DNA of 64,000 nucleotides from positions 17,761 to 81,760 of the forward strand of contig JBLNBO010000042.1 of NCBI GenBank assembly GCA_050260055.1, given 5' to 3'. The first letter of the stretch is position 1; the number at the start of each line of letters is the position of its first letter. Below are positions 29,843-40,490 of this stretch, in pieces. A program made the position numbers and the translations under genes. The notes below the pieces were generated by a model that searched no databases, was not told where the DNA came from, and saw only the letters and a list, made by a program, of their open reading frames with translations. The stretch comes from Ignavibacteriales bacterium. Its GTDB lineage: Bacteria > Bacillota > Clostridia > Acetivibrionales > UBA4821.

Positions 29843-29968
29843 AAATATCCAACCCTCATTCAAATGTTATTCTAATCTCTGATTATAGTATATTTAAAGC
29901 AATTGCTCCATATGCAGTATTTATCCAATTATGGAAAACGCATGGAGCAATATAATAAGGTCTTAGTT

Positions 29969-31384
29969 TTATTTAATAAATGCAAGATAAGCCCTATAAG
30001 TCATATAAATATCAACCTTGCTGGCAATTTCAAATGGAGAATGCATGGATAATAATGCTGTTCCGCAGTCGATTACTTCCATACCTAGGTTAGCAAGATA
30101 GCCGGCTATTGTCCCGCCTCCGCCCTGGTCAACCTTTCCAAGCTCACCAATTTGCCACGCAACATTATTATTATCCAATATTTTTATAACCTCACTTAAG
30201 AATTCAGCATGGGCATCATTTGCCCCGCTTTTACCTGCATGCCCGGTATACTTTGTAATACATACTCCTTTTCCTAAATATGCGGAATTCCTTTTTTCCA
30301 TAACCCCTTCATAAGCAGGGTCAAGCGCTCCGTTAACATCAGCTGAAATCATTCTAGAATTTCTAAGTGCTCTACTGAGTTTTAGAGAACTTAAACCTCC
30401 AGTTAGCTCAATCAATTCCGATATAAAGTCAATAAGTATCCTTGACTGCATACCTGTATTTCCGACACTGCCAATTTCTTCTTTGTCTGCAAGAATACAT
30501 ACCGCTGTCTTTTTAGGAACTCCAGCTTCAAATATTGCCTTTGCAGCTGAGTAGGCACAAACCCTATCATCTTGCCCATAACCGCCTACCATGCTTCTAT
30601 CAATTCCAACATCTTTTGCTTTAATTGCCGGAACTATTTCAATTTCAGCAGAATAAAAATCCTTTTCCTTTATGCCGTATTTTTCATTTAGAAGTTTTAG
30701 AATATTCAGTTTTACTTTTTCTTTGACTTTTTCATCTTTGTAAGGCTGGTTGCCCATTAATATATTAAGGTTTTCACCAATAACAGCTTCAGACATTTTC
30801 TTTTGCATTTGTTCTTGCGATAAGTGCGGCAGTAAATCACTAATGCAGAATACAGGATCCGAATCATCTTCCCCGATTACAACATTAATTTTTTCCCCAT
30901 CTTCTTTGATAATTACCCCATGAATTGCTAGCGGAATTGTTGTCCATTGATATTTTTTAATTCCTCCATAATAATGTGTTTTAAGGAATCCAAGATCAGA
31001 ACTTTCATATAAAGGGTTTTGCTTAAGATCAAGTCTTGGTGAATCTATATGAGCCCCTACAGCGCTAAAACCATTCTCCAAGGGTTCTTCACCAATAACA
31101 GCTAGAAGAAGTGTCTTACCTCTATTTGAATAGTAAATCTTATCTCCTTTATTTAAATTATGGTTAATGTCTTTAATATTTTTAAAACCATTTTGCTCTG
31201 CTAAACCAATGAATTGGCCGACTGCTTCTCTCTCGGTCTTTGCATTATTTAAAAAGTCTATATAACCCGCACAAAAACTATTTACTGCTTGGCTCTCATT
31301 TTCTGAAAGCTTCTCCCAAGCACTCTTAGATTCATAAGTAAGTTGTTCGTTAAGCTTCTGTCCTTCAGTCTTAATTTCTTCCAT
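29969..31384 (-). CDS. M18-family aminopeptidase
   Basis: 471 aa with VGAHIDSPRLDLK, YGGIKKYQW, GQDDRVC and SMHSPFE motifs. Confidence 0.75.
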   Translation of the reverse strand: MEEIKTEGQKLNEQLTYESKSAWEKLSENESQAVNSFCAGYIDFLNNAKTEREAVGQFIGLAEQNGFKNIKDINHNLNKGDKIYYSNRGKTLLLAVIGEEPLENGFSAVGAHIDSPRLDLKQNPLYESSDLGFLKTHYYGGIKKYQWTTIPLAIHGVIIKEDGEKINVVIGEDDSDPVFCISDLLPHLSQEQMQKKMSEAVIGENLNILMGNQPYKDEKVKEKVKLNILKLLNEKYGIKEKDFYSAEIEIVPAIKAKDVGIDRSMVGGYGQDDRVCAYSAAKAIFEAGVPKKTAVCILADKEEIGSVGNTGMQSRILIDFISELIELTGGLSSLKLSRALRNSRMISADVNGALDPAYEGVMEKRNSAYLGKGVCITKYTGHAGKSGANDAHAEFLSEVIKILDNNNVAWQIGELGKVDQGGGGTIAGYLANLGMEVIDCGTALLSMHSPFEIASKVDIYMTYRAYLAFIK

Positions 31385-31571
31385 ACTATTCCTCCTATAA
31401 TTTAATTATAATTGATAGTTTAGTACTCAATAAGAAATAATAACTTAAATTTTTACTTTGTCTACACACATATTATATACCGCTACATATATAAAATAAA
31501 CAAATATTGAGTAAACATTTTCGATATGCTAGAATTAGCCTTGATTAAGTTAAAAGAACCTGGAGGATATT

Positions 31572-32375
31572 ATGTTCGATTATCATATCCACTCAACCTT
31601 CTCAGGCGATTCAATTATGAGTTTTGAACAAGTTGTTAATAAGGCACTTGAAATTGGTCTTAAAGAAATAGTATTTACAGACCATCTTGATATATATTGG
31701 CCAGATAAAAATATTACTTATGAGCAAATGCAGCCAGAAATATATCAGAAGCGTATTGAAGAGGCTCAGAATCGTTACTGTAATCAAATTTCTATAAAAA
31801 AAGGCATCGAAGTTGGCATTCAGCCTCACTCTATAGTTGAAAGCAACAACTTCCTTGAAAAGTCTGCTTTTGATTTTATAATTCTTTCGGTCCACTGTAT
31901 CGACGGTATTGATATTAGTAAAAAAGACTTTTTTCAGGAAAAGTCCTCATTACAAGCTTGCAATCGTTATTATCAGGAAGTTCTTTTTGCAGTAGATAGG
32001 TTTGATAAATTTAGCGTTCTTGGCCATTTAGACCTCATAAGAAGATATGTTTCTGATCCTTTATACAGCAATCCAAATTATTCAGATTTTTGTGAAATAA
32101 TCGATGAAATATTAAAAATTTTAATTAAAAAAAATAAAGGTATTGAAATAAATACATCCGGGTTTCGTTATAGGCTAAATTCATTTATGCCTGAATTTGA
32201 GCTAATCAAAAGATTCCGAGAATTGGGCGGCAAAATTATTACAGTTGGTTCAGATGCTCATTCAATAGAATATGTAGGATATAAAATCAATGAGGCTATA
32301 GAGTTGGCTAAAACTGCAGGATTTGAACATATTACACTTTTTAATGATATGAATCCACATTTCTACAAAATATAA
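31572..32375 (+). CDS. Histidinol-phosphatase, PHP/HisJ family
   Basis: MFDYHIHSTFSGDS, FTDHLD, GHLD and GSDAHS motifs. Length 267 aa. Confidence 0.75.
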   Translation: MFDYHIHSTFSGDSIMSFEQVVNKALEIGLKEIVFTDHLDIYWPDKNITYEQMQPEIYQKRIEEAQNRYCNQISIKKGIEVGIQPHSIVESNNFLEKSAFDFIILSVHCIDGIDISKKDFFQEKSSLQACNRYYQEVLFAVDRFDKFSVLGHLDLIRRYVSDPLYSNPNYSDFCEIIDEILKILIKKNKGIEINTSGFRYRLNSFMPEFELIKRFRELGGKIITVGSDAHSIEYVGYKINEAIELAKTAGFEHITLFNDMNPHFYKI

Positions 32376-32563
32376 TACAGCCATTTATGCTGTATTTGTC
32401 AATCTTTGTTTCTTTTGTCAAACAATGTGTTGAAAATATTTTTATTTATGTTATTATCATTATAAATATGACATTTAATTATTTAAATACTAATTATTTC
32501 TTCTCTCTTCTATATTTCCCAATAATTGTAGACAAATTATTCTGTTTTTTTTGCGAGGTGACC

Positions 32564-33271
32564 ATGGTAAGAATAGCTATATGTGATGACAATAATCAAA
32601 TCAGAAGCAAGCTTATCAATATGATAAACTTAATAATGGAACAGAATAACATTCGAGGTGAAGTAATTTTCGACTCTGATAATGCAGATGACTTTTTTAA
32701 ATTTGTACTTCAAAATCATGTAGATGTTGTTATCTTAGATATTGAACTAAAATCAATGCAGTCTGGTATAGATCTTGCAAAGAAAATCCGTGATGCAAAT
32801 AAATCTATTAACATTATCTTTTGTACTGCACATATAGAATATGTCTTGCTTGGATATAAATTTAAAACATTTGACTATTTAGTCAAGCCGGTTTCGTATG
32901 AAAAATTAGAAGAATGTATTTTGAGGCTCGTAAAATATATATCTACAGATTCGGTGGATTCGCTGAAAATTAAATCCGGTTCTACTACATATGTAGTAAT
33001 GAAGAACGATATTATTTTTATTGAAAAAGCAAAATCAAAAACACATTTATATACTTCCAGTGAAATGATAGAAACCAATATGAATCTTGAAGAGTTTGAA
33101 AAATCCTTGCCTTCGAATTTTGTGCGGGCTCATAAATCTTACATAGTAAATACCAATAAGATAGTAAAGGTTGATTATGTTTTAAATGAAATTGATATGA
33201 TAAATTCATACAAATGCTATTTAGGAAGAAAGTTTAAAAAACAATTCTGTGATATTTTTATAAACAAGTAA
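32564..33271 (+). CDS. LytTR-family response regulator (AgrA-like)
   Basis: ATG at 32564 with RBS GAGGTG (MVRIAICDDNN). It has a receiver domain (DVVILDIEL) and a C-terminal LytTR domain (FVRAHKSYIVN). The 59-aa N-terminal extension in the track is hydrophobic junk. Confidence 0.85.
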   Translation: MVRIAICDDNNQIRSKLINMINLIMEQNNIRGEVIFDSDNADDFFKFVLQNHVDVVILDIELKSMQSGIDLAKKIRDANKSINIIFCTAHIEYVLLGYKFKTFDYLVKPVSYEKLEECILRLVKYISTDSVDSLKIKSGSTTYVVMKNDIIFIEKAKSKTHLYTSSEMIETNMNLEEFEKSLPSNFVRAHKSYIVNTNKIVKVDYVLNEIDMINSYKCYLGRKFKKQFCDIFINK

Positions 33272-33291
33272 AACTGGAGGGCCTTCTTTGA

Positions 33292-34599
33292 ATGAATGAA
33301 TCTTCTGTCGTTGCTTCAAACCCGATTTTATGGTTTTTAATCTATAATATTTCTTTTGCAATGTCTGCTGCTCTCTTTTATATATTATTATCTATTAAAA
33401 TCAACTGGAAAAGAGCTGTAATCTTTGCAGTACTATGCTCCTTATTAAATGTAATTTTCAGAATTTACACGTCTGTCGAAATGGTTTTCTTTTCTGGATT
33501 GATAATGCTTTTAGCATTGAGTATGATAATTCTTAAATTGAGATTCGTTCAAACAATCATAGTTGTTTTTTTATCTTTTTTAGTTAATCTCGCAGGAGAG
33601 TGTATGGTTCTATTTATTGACAGCTTGCTTGGTATACAATTAAAGCAAGCTTTTCAAGAATCGAACCTTTTTTTGATAAATACTACAATTTCTCTTACTG
33701 TTTTCGGCATTATTACTCTAATGATATATTACTTCAAAATGAGAATTAATTACTTAGAGGATATAAATAGAAAGAAAAGTATTGGTCTTGCTATAAATGC
33801 TTTCATTACAGTAATCCTTATCCTTCCAAACCTTGCCTATTTCTTTTCGTCTGCTAATGCTCCATTCGCTTTAATATCTTTTAACTTGATTTCAATTTTT
33901 ATATTCTTTCTTTTAGCTTTTTATAATACCCGCAAAGGCTCAGAACTTAATTTCACAAAATCTCAACTGGAAAATCAGCTTCTTTACAATAAGACTTTAA
34001 CTGACCTGGTAACCAGTCTTAGAAGCTTTAGGCACGACTTTTCAAATACGCTTAATTCGATCAGCGGCTACTTAATTACTAATGATTTTGAAGGCCTAAA
34101 AAAATATTTCGACGATTTAAGAACTGATTATTCTTCGGTTAACAGCCTAAGCTTTGCAAACTCAACAATTATAAACAATCCTCCCGTCTATGGCTTAATT
34201 GTTTCTGCTTATTATAAAGCAACAAGTAAAAGCTTAAATGTTAATATGGAGATTTTATCTGATTTAATTAAATCGAAGGTGTCACTTTATGATTTATGCA
34301 AAATACTAGGGATATTTTGGGATAATGCTATTGAAGCTGCAGAAACCTCAAGTGATAAGAAAATTAATTTCTATTTAAAAGAAATTGATAATAATTATCA
34401 CATAGTAATTGAAAATTCATATACAGGTGAAATAAACATCCAAAAAATATTTGAAAAGGATTATTCCACAAAAGGCAGTAATCACGGATTAGGGTTATGG
34501 GAAGTTAAAACAATTACACAAAAATCCAAGCTAATTAATTTAAAGACTTCAACCTCAAATAATATGTTTAGGCATGAACTAATAATTCCAATTGAATAA
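33292..34599 (+). CDS. AgrC-like (HPK10) membrane sensor histidine kinase
   Basis: About 6 TM segments, H-box SFRHDFSNTLNSISGY, N-box FWDNAIEAA and G-box GLGLWEV. Confidence 0.8.
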   Translation: MNESSVVASNPILWFLIYNISFAMSAALFYILLSIKINWKRAVIFAVLCSLLNVIFRIYTSVEMVFFSGLIMLLALSMIILKLRFVQTIIVVFLSFLVNLAGECMVLFIDSLLGIQLKQAFQESNLFLINTTISLTVFGIITLMIYYFKMRINYLEDINRKKSIGLAINAFITVILILPNLAYFFSSANAPFALISFNLISIFIFFLLAFYNTRKGSELNFTKSQLENQLLYNKTLTDLVTSLRSFRHDFSNTLNSISGYLITNDFEGLKKYFDDLRTDYSSVNSLSFANSTIINNPPVYGLIVSAYYKATSKSLNVNMEILSDLIKSKVSLYDLCKILGIFWDNAIEAAETSSDKKINFYLKEIDNNYHIVIENSYTGEINIQKIFEKDYSTKGSNHGLGLWEVKTITQKSKLINLKTSTSNNMFRHELIIPIE

Positions 34600-34642
34600 A
34601 AAAATGAGCCCATATCAATATGGACTCATTTTTTTATTCAAA

Positions 34643-34804
34643 CTAATCTTGCTTTATCAATTTTGTGGGCATCTTGGGTTCATAGCCAAACCAGAAAATA
34701 CTTGTTGAGCTTGCTGACATTAAAGCGAACAGAGTAGCTGTCATGCCTAGTAATGAAAGCATTTTGATGTAAGTTTCCTTGACTGCTAATTTAATACCTG
34801 TCAT
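34643..34804 (-). CDS. agrD: AgrD-like autoinducing peptide precursor (53 aa, not in ORF track)
   Basis: The ATG at 34804 lies 6 nt after AAGGGGGG and 36 nt downstream of agrB. The translation is MTGIKLAVKETYIKMLSLLGMTATLFALMSASSTSIFWFGYEPKMPTKLIKQD. It has an amphipathic leader, a hydrophobic core and a C-terminal EPxxPxxL tail as in AgrD, with Ser where the ring Cys normally sits. Confidence 0.65.
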   Translation of the reverse strand: MTGIKLAVKETYIKMLSLLGMTATLFALMSASSTSIFWFGYEPKMPTKLIKQD

Positions 34805-34840
34805 GGAAAACCCCCCTTATTTTTTTTATATAAAGCACTC

Positions 34841-35473
34841 TTATTCAAGAGGCTCTATTTCCTGATTATTAATACTTCTCCAGCCATATTTGCATCCAAC
34901 GATTTTATATATGATGGGCAGCATACTAATGCTTTCAAATAATGTAATCATGATTAACAAGGTTGATATTACCGGACTCTTTATTATTGTTAATGCAATC
35001 ATAAATATTAATCCCATAGAAAATGCTGAGTATAGTCGTTGTCTTTCTCTGAACATTCTGCTTAATATTGGCTTTTGTTCAACATCCGCAGGCGCAAAGT
35101 AATAAATTATAATACAGTTTATAATGAATATTGTAAAAAATAATATACCTGTAAAATTTACATATGAGGATAAAAATACTGAAGAATAGACTGCTCCTAG
35201 AAAAATAATTGAGCTAAAAACAAAACATCCGATGTGGGTATTTGAGTGTGCACCGCCAGCAAAACAGCGATAGAATCCAAATGTCACCATTGATATTAAG
35301 ACTAAATTCAAGATTCCAAGGTAATATGCAATAGCAAGTAAAACAATCGTCTTAATAATTTGAGAAAAAAGTACTGTAAGACCATAGTTGATTATTTCTG
35401 CTTTTTCTTCATCAACATCCTTAACATTCATTTTTATTGTCATGGTCAGTTTATTACTCAGTGCATCCATCAT
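34841..35473 (-). CDS. agrB: AgrB-family AIP-processing membrane endopeptidase
   Basis: Multi-pass membrane protein of 210 aa. FYRCFAGGAHSNTHIGCFVFS contains the conserved His...Cys catalytic pair spacing. Confidence 0.8.
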   Translation of the reverse strand: MMDALSNKLTMTIKMNVKDVDEEKAEIINYGLTVLFSQIIKTIVLLAIAYYLGILNLVLISMVTFGFYRCFAGGAHSNTHIGCFVFSSIIFLGAVYSSVFLSSYVNFTGILFFTIFIINCIIIYYFAPADVEQKPILSRMFRERQRLYSAFSMGLIFMIALTIIKSPVISTLLIMITLFESISMLPIIYKIVGCKYGWRSINNQEIEPLE

Positions 35474-35735
35474 TTCACATCAACCTCTTTTTCTCCAATT
35501 TTGAAGTACAGGTTGCAAATCTATAACGGATGTTCAAGACAATACATATTTTTTACGTTACCATACAATTTTATTGTACTACAAACTAAAAAATAATGCT
35601 GTATAAATGATTGAAATACATTTTTTTATGTCTAAAAAGTTCGATTTTTGCATTTTACAAATAAAAAAACCATGTTTATATTTGCACAAAATATTTTAGG
35701 ATGCATATTATACTACTATCCCCACCATCGGCAGC

Positions 35736-35760
35736 TACAGGATTTTTCCTGTGGTTTTTA
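35736..35760 (+). terminator. Plus-strand intrinsic terminator-like hairpin with no upstream plus-strand CDS
   Basis: CTACAGG (35736-35742) pairs with CCTGTGG (35749-35755, one G-U pair), followed by TTTTT. Confidence 0.4.
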
Positions 35761-35761
35761 A

Positions 35762-35795
35762 ATAAAAAAGCCTGTATATCGCAAGATATACAGGC
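35762..35795 (-). terminator. Intrinsic terminator of the gat operon
   Basis: GCCTGTATATC pairs with GATATACAGGC across a GCAA loop, with a T-run on the minus strand. Confidence 0.8.
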
Positions 35796-35851
35796 AATGT
35801 TTTTAACAGTAAAGTTATAGATTTCGCAGATTTATGAACCTGCCTAATCTA

Positions 35852-37279
35852 TTATCCAAGAAGGTCTTTTAAAATCTTATTTATAATTTGCGGATTTGCT
35901 TTTCCTTTTGTCGCTTTCATTGATTGTCCTACCAAAAATCCCATAGCTTTATCTTTTCCAGCTTTGTAATCTTCCACTGATTGCTGATTTTCCGCAAGAA
36001 CCTGCTTAACTATCTCAATCAGTTCTCCTTCATCACTAATCTGAATGAGCCCCTTTTCTTTTACAATATCTTCAGGTCTCTTTGCAGATACAAACATCTC
36101 TTCAAATACAGTCTTTGCAATCGTTCCACTGATTGTTCCCTTTTGAATCAAGGCTATTAAATCAGCCAAATCTGAAGGTTTGAACGGAATATTTGAATAT
36201 TCGATATTCTTCTCTTTCATAATCCTCATCATATCGCCCATCATCCAATTGCTGACTAATTTAGCATTTTGGCTTACATTTGCTGCCTCTTCAAAAAACG
36301 CTGCTAATACTTTTGAGCTGGTAAGAAGTCCTGCATCATACTCTGGAATTCCGTATGACTCTATATATCTTTTCATTTTTACATCAGGGAGCTCTGGCAA
36401 TGAATCTTTCACTTTCTTTATATAATCATCGGAAAGGACGATAGGAGCAAGGTCAGGATCCGGAAAATATCTGTAATCATGAGCTTCTTCTTTACTTCTC
36501 ATGGAATAGCTTGTTCCCTTCTCATCATCCCATCTTCTTGTTTCCTGCACTATCTCTCCGCCATTTTCTAATTCATCTTTTTGCCTTTTTATTTCAGATT
36601 CTGCGGCATGCAAAACAGCTCTGAACGAATTGAGGTTTTTCATTTCGGTTCTTGTCCCGAATTTTTCTGAGCCCTCAGGCCTGAGTGAAAGATTTACATC
36701 GCATCTTAGTGAGCCTTCCTGCATCTTGCAGTCAGAAACCTCTATATATTCAAGAATTGTCTTTATTTTTTCAAGTACGGCTTTTGCTTCCTCAGGATTT
36801 CTCATATCAGGCTCGGTTACAATCTCAATGAGCGGTACTCCGCAGCGATTCAAGTCAACCAGTGAGCCAGAACCCCATTGGTCGTGAAGCAGTTTTCCTG
36901 CATCTTCCTCAATATGAATCCTTGTAATTCCTATCCGCTTTGTTTTCCCATCAAGCTCAATATCAATATAACCGTTTTTGCAAAGCGGTAAATCATACTG
37001 TGATATTTGATATGCTTTTGGAAGGTCAGGATAAAAATAGTTCTTTCTATCTTGCTTGCTGTATTTTGCAATCTCACAATTGGTTGCAAGACCAGCTTTA
37101 ACAGCATATTCAACAACCTTTTCATTCAATACCGGCAGTACTCCCGGCATACCTGTACAAATCGGACAGCAGTGTGTATTTACCTCTCCCCCGAATTCGG
37201 TTGTACAACTGCAAAATATTTTCGATTTTGTTGAAAGCTCAGAATGTATTTCCAAGCCAATAACCGTTTCGTAACTCAA
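35852..37279 (-). CDS. gatB: Asp-tRNA(Asn)/Glu-tRNA(Gln) amidotransferase subunit B
   Basis: [13 protein letters not shown] and the downstream GatB pattern. A TTG start at 37279 with strong RBS AAGGAGAGGA gives [10 protein letters not shown]. The track ATG at 37330 lies inside the upstream gene. Confidence 0.9.
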   Translation of the reverse strand: MSYETVIGLEIHSELSTKSKIFCSCTTEFGGEVNTHCCPICTGMPGVLPVLNEKVVEYAVKAGLATNCEIAKYSKQDRKNYFYPDLPKAYQISQYDLPLCKNGYIDIELDGKTKRIGITRIHIEEDAGKLLHDQWGSGSLVDLNRCGVPLIEIVTEPDMRNPEEAKAVLEKIKTILEYIEVSDCKMQEGSLRCDVNLSLRPEGSEKFGTRTEMKNLNSFRAVLHAAESEIKRQKDELENGGEIVQETRRWDDEKGTSYSMRSKEEAHDYRYFPDPDLAPIVLSDDYIKKVKDSLPELPDVKMKRYIESYGIPEYDAGLLTSSKVLAAFFEEAANVSQNAKLVSNWMMGDMMRIMKEKNIEYSNIPFKPSDLADLIALIQKGTISGTIAKTVFEEMFVSAKRPEDIVKEKGLIQISDEGELIEIVKQVLAENQQSVEDYKAGKDKAMGFLVGQSMKATKGKANPQIINKILKDLLG

Positions 37280-37313
37280 ATCAAATCCTCTCCTTCTTTG
37301 TATTTGCTTGTTT

Positions 37314-38048
37314 TCAGACTTTCTCAGCACTAATTATTAAATACAGCGGCCTTTTAAGGTATTTCCCTAATTCACCGTTTTTCTCTATATCTTCCTTAGT
37401 TGGAACAGTTTCCATTATTCGTTTAATTTTAAATCCGTTATTAATTAAGGCATCTGTATAATTCCCAATAGTTCTGTGATATTTTACAAACATATGATCC
37501 ATCCATTTTGTTTCTCTAGGCCCTGGTACTCCATAATTATCTAATCTCCAATATAGGTATTCTCCAGTCTTTATATCTATCTCCCACCCTAGATTATAGG
37601 ATGCAGTAGATGTTGGATGCTCAGTAGAAAAGACTAACATTCCTCCAGATGATAATATATTGTTAACCCTTCCAAACAGCTTATCAATATCTTCAATATA
37701 ATGAATTACTATATTGCTTGTAACTAACTCAAACGAGTCATTTTCAAAATCAATTCTTTCTATTGGCATTTTTAGATAAGTAATATCCCTATTTCCCTTT
37801 TTAGATTCTGCCATTTCAATCATTTTTCCGGAAGAATCAACGCCAACTACTTTTGCCCCCATATCATACAGCAGTCTTGAATAATCACCAAACCCACAGC
37901 CTAAATCAAGTATCCTCTTATTCTTTACATCAGGCAGAAGAGTAAGAAAATTTGGTTTCTCTACAAGTTCATTTGCGCTATATTGGTTTTCCCGCCACAA
38001 AGTATATTTTTTAAAGAAGCTGTCAGTATCATAGTTTGCTGCACTCAT
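37314..38048 (-). CDS. Class I SAM-dependent methyltransferase
   Basis: Motif [13 protein letters not shown]. The ATG at 38048 follows AGGTGGTGA. Confidence 0.75.
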   Translation of the reverse strand: MSAANYDTDSFFKKYTLWRENQYSANELVEKPNFLTLLPDVKNKRILDLGCGFGDYSRLLYDMGAKVVGVDSSGKMIEMAESKKGNRDITYLKMPIERIDFENDSFELVTSNIVIHYIEDIDKLFGRVNNILSSGGMLVFSTEHPTSTASYNLGWEIDIKTGEYLYWRLDNYGVPGPRETKWMDHMFVKYHRTIGNYTDALINNGFKIKRIMETVPTKEDIEKNGELGKYLKRPLYLIISAEKV

Positions 38049-38082
38049 CCCGATCACCACCTATATTTCTTCAAATAAAAGG

Positions 38083-38724
38083 TTACTTATTCTTTGCTTT
38101 TTCAATGAATTGCTTCATTTTACTATAATCCTTAAACCCATCCTGGCCGTTAACCCCTGATTGAACATCCACCCCATAAGGCTTTACAATTTTTATTGCT
38201 TCAACAATATTCTCAGGTTTTAATCCGCCTGCAAGTATCACTGGCAAAGGACATTCACTTACAATTCTCTTACTAATATTCCAATCATGTGTTAATCCAG
38301 TCCCACCCACAGCACCGTTTGCTTTATTAGAACTGTCAAGCAATATGGTATCTGCATTATTATAAAAATCTTTACAATTATCGATTGATTCTGCATCCAT
38401 CACATGAATAGTTTTAATTATTTTTATATTCTGTATCTCTTTTTTGATTTGAACTATATCTTCCGGAGAGTTATGACCATGAAGCTGAATAGAAGTAACT
38501 CCAATATATTTAGCTAAATCTACTATTTCTTTAATATCGGTTATTGTAACAACCATTACTGAACTGCAAAACGGCGGTAATTTTTGCACAATCTTTTTAG
38601 CAACGGTTGGGTCTATTGAGTTCTTTGAAGAAGTCTTAATCAATAGTCCAATAGCATCCGCCCCAAACTCAACAGCTTTAAGTGCATCTTCTATTCGTTT
38701 AATACCGCAAATTTTCACCTTCAT
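38083..38724 (-). CDS. trpF: Phosphoribosylanthranilate isomerase
   Basis: MKVKICGIKRIEDALKAVEFGADAIGLL and a C-terminal GVDVQSG pattern. Length 213 aa. Confidence 0.8.
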   Translation of the reverse strand: MKVKICGIKRIEDALKAVEFGADAIGLLIKTSSKNSIDPTVAKKIVQKLPPFCSSVMVVTITDIKEIVDLAKYIGVTSIQLHGHNSPEDIVQIKKEIQNIKIIKTIHVMDAESIDNCKDFYNNADTILLDSSNKANGAVGGTGLTHDWNISKRIVSECPLPVILAGGLKPENIVEAIKIVKPYGVDVQSGVNGQDGFKDYSKMKQFIEKAKNK

Positions 38725-38751
38725 AATTCACCTTCATAATGTCAACTGATT

Positions 38752-40215
38752 TTATAAGTTCGGTCTTTTCTTCTCTGCTCCTGTATTCTGCTCATAAGTA
38801 TATGCCGCCCTAAGCATGGTACTTTCATCAAAAGCCTTTCCTACCAATTGGAATCCTATTGGCAGACCCTTGCTGTCAAAACCGCAAGGTACTGAGATTC
38901 CAGGTAAGCCTGCAATATTTATAGAAACTGTACAAATATCAGCTAAATACATTTCTAAAGGATTCTCTGACTTCTCGCCAATTTTAAATGCTGTAGTTGG
39001 AGAAGTCGGGAACATTATTAAATCATATTTCTCAAGTACCTGATCAAAACTTCTTCTAATAAGAGTTTTAACCTGGAGTGCCTTCTTATAATATGCATCG
39101 TAATAACCAGCACTTAATGCATAGGTACCAAGCATAATCCTACGTTTAACTTCTGGTCCAAAGCCTTCGCTTCTTGATTTCTTATATAAGTCAATAAGAT
39201 TGTTGAACTTTTCAGCTCTGTAACCATATTTCACACCGTCAAATCTTGCAAGGTTTGAGCTTGCCTCAGCTGAAGAAATGAGATAGTAAGCAGGCAGTGC
39301 ATATTCTGCCATTGGAAGTGATACTTCTCCAATCTCTGCACCTAGATTCTTTAAAACTTCTACCGCATTAAGAACTGCTTTTTTAACCTCATTATTTATG
39401 CCTTCTCCAAAATATTCTTTTGGCAAACCAATTTTAAGCCCTTTAACATTATTTTCAAGTGCTTTAGTGTAATCCGGATGATTCGTGTTTACTGACGTCG
39501 AATCAGCTGGGTCATATCCTGTAATTGTATTTAATACTAGTGCGCAGTCAGTAATATCTTTTGTTACTGGCCCAATTTGATCCAGCGAAGAAGCAAAAGC
39601 TATTAATCCATACCTTGAAACTGCACCATAAGTTGGCTTCAACCCAATTACGCCGCATAAAGATGCCGGTTGGCGAATCGAACCACCTGTATCAGAACCT
39701 AAAGAGAAAACTGCTTCATCTGCTGAAACAGATGCTACAGAACCTCCGCTTGATCCTCCCGGTACACAGCTTAAATCCCAAGGATTCTTTGTCTTCTTAA
39801 AAGCTGAATTCTCAGTTGACCCTCCCATAGCGAATTCATCCATATTCAATTTACCGAGCAATATAGCTTTTTCACCTTTTAATTTTTGGATAACTGTTGC
39901 GTCATATGGCGGAACAAAGTTTTGCAGTATTTTCGATGAACATGTTGTCAACAAATCCTTTGTACACATATTGTCTTTTATAGCCATTGGTATACCAGCT
40001 AAAGCAGGCATTTCATCTCCGGCATCAAAACCTTTTTGTATTTCTTTAGCGTTATTAATTATTTCTGCTTCATCCAGAACCAGATTATAAGCCTCAACCT
40101 TCGAATCAACCTTTTTTATTCTGTCTATGTAAGCTTTTGCAACCTCAGGTACGCTTGCTTTCTTTTCTCTAAACATATCTTTAAGTTCATGTGCTGTGTA
40201 TTTATATAATTCCAC
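38752..40215 (-). CDS. gatA: Glutamyl-tRNA(Gln) amidotransferase subunit A
   Basis: Amidase signature [11 protein letters not shown] and [12 protein letters not shown]. Length 487 aa. Confidence 0.92.
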   Translation of the reverse strand: MELYKYTAHELKDMFREKKASVPEVAKAYIDRIKKVDSKVEAYNLVLDEAEIINNAKEIQKGFDAGDEMPALAGIPMAIKDNMCTKDLLTTCSSKILQNFVPPYDATVIQKLKGEKAILLGKLNMDEFAMGGSTENSAFKKTKNPWDLSCVPGGSSGGSVASVSADEAVFSLGSDTGGSIRQPASLCGVIGLKPTYGAVSRYGLIAFASSLDQIGPVTKDITDCALVLNTITGYDPADSTSVNTNHPDYTKALENNVKGLKIGLPKEYFGEGINNEVKKAVLNAVEVLKNLGAEIGEVSLPMAEYALPAYYLISSAEASSNLARFDGVKYGYRAEKFNNLIDLYKKSRSEGFGPEVKRRIMLGTYALSAGYYDAYYKKALQVKTLIRRSFDQVLEKYDLIMFPTSPTTAFKIGEKSENPLEMYLADICTVSINIAGLPGISVPCGFDSKGLPIGFQLVGKAFDESTMLRAAYTYEQNTGAEKKRPNL

Positions 40216-40490
40216 TATGCTTCCTCCTATCAGAAAAACGTGATAAACTTCGTATTGCTATGTTACCCTTCGGGCTCGGAGCTCTCACATATATGATATA
40301 TGTTCCGAGCTTTTCACCTCGTGTGCCTTGCACTATTCATTTCTAACGTTTTTATGTTTATTATTCAAAAGGTTCAAAAAGCAAGTATTGCTAGAAAGAA
40401 GTAAAGGTTAAAAGCGGAGCATATTTTTATATGTGAGCATTTTAAGCTTTGCTTCTGACAACGCAAGGCGAAGCTTTTTGGGACTTTTGC

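Noticed and set aside
32387-32563. 59-aa N-terminal extension of the LytTR response regulator in the ORF track
   Set aside because: The extension is hydrophobic low-complexity sequence from an AT-rich promoter region. A canonical GAGGTG-ATG start at 32564 gives the standard receiver-domain N-terminus MVRIAICDD.
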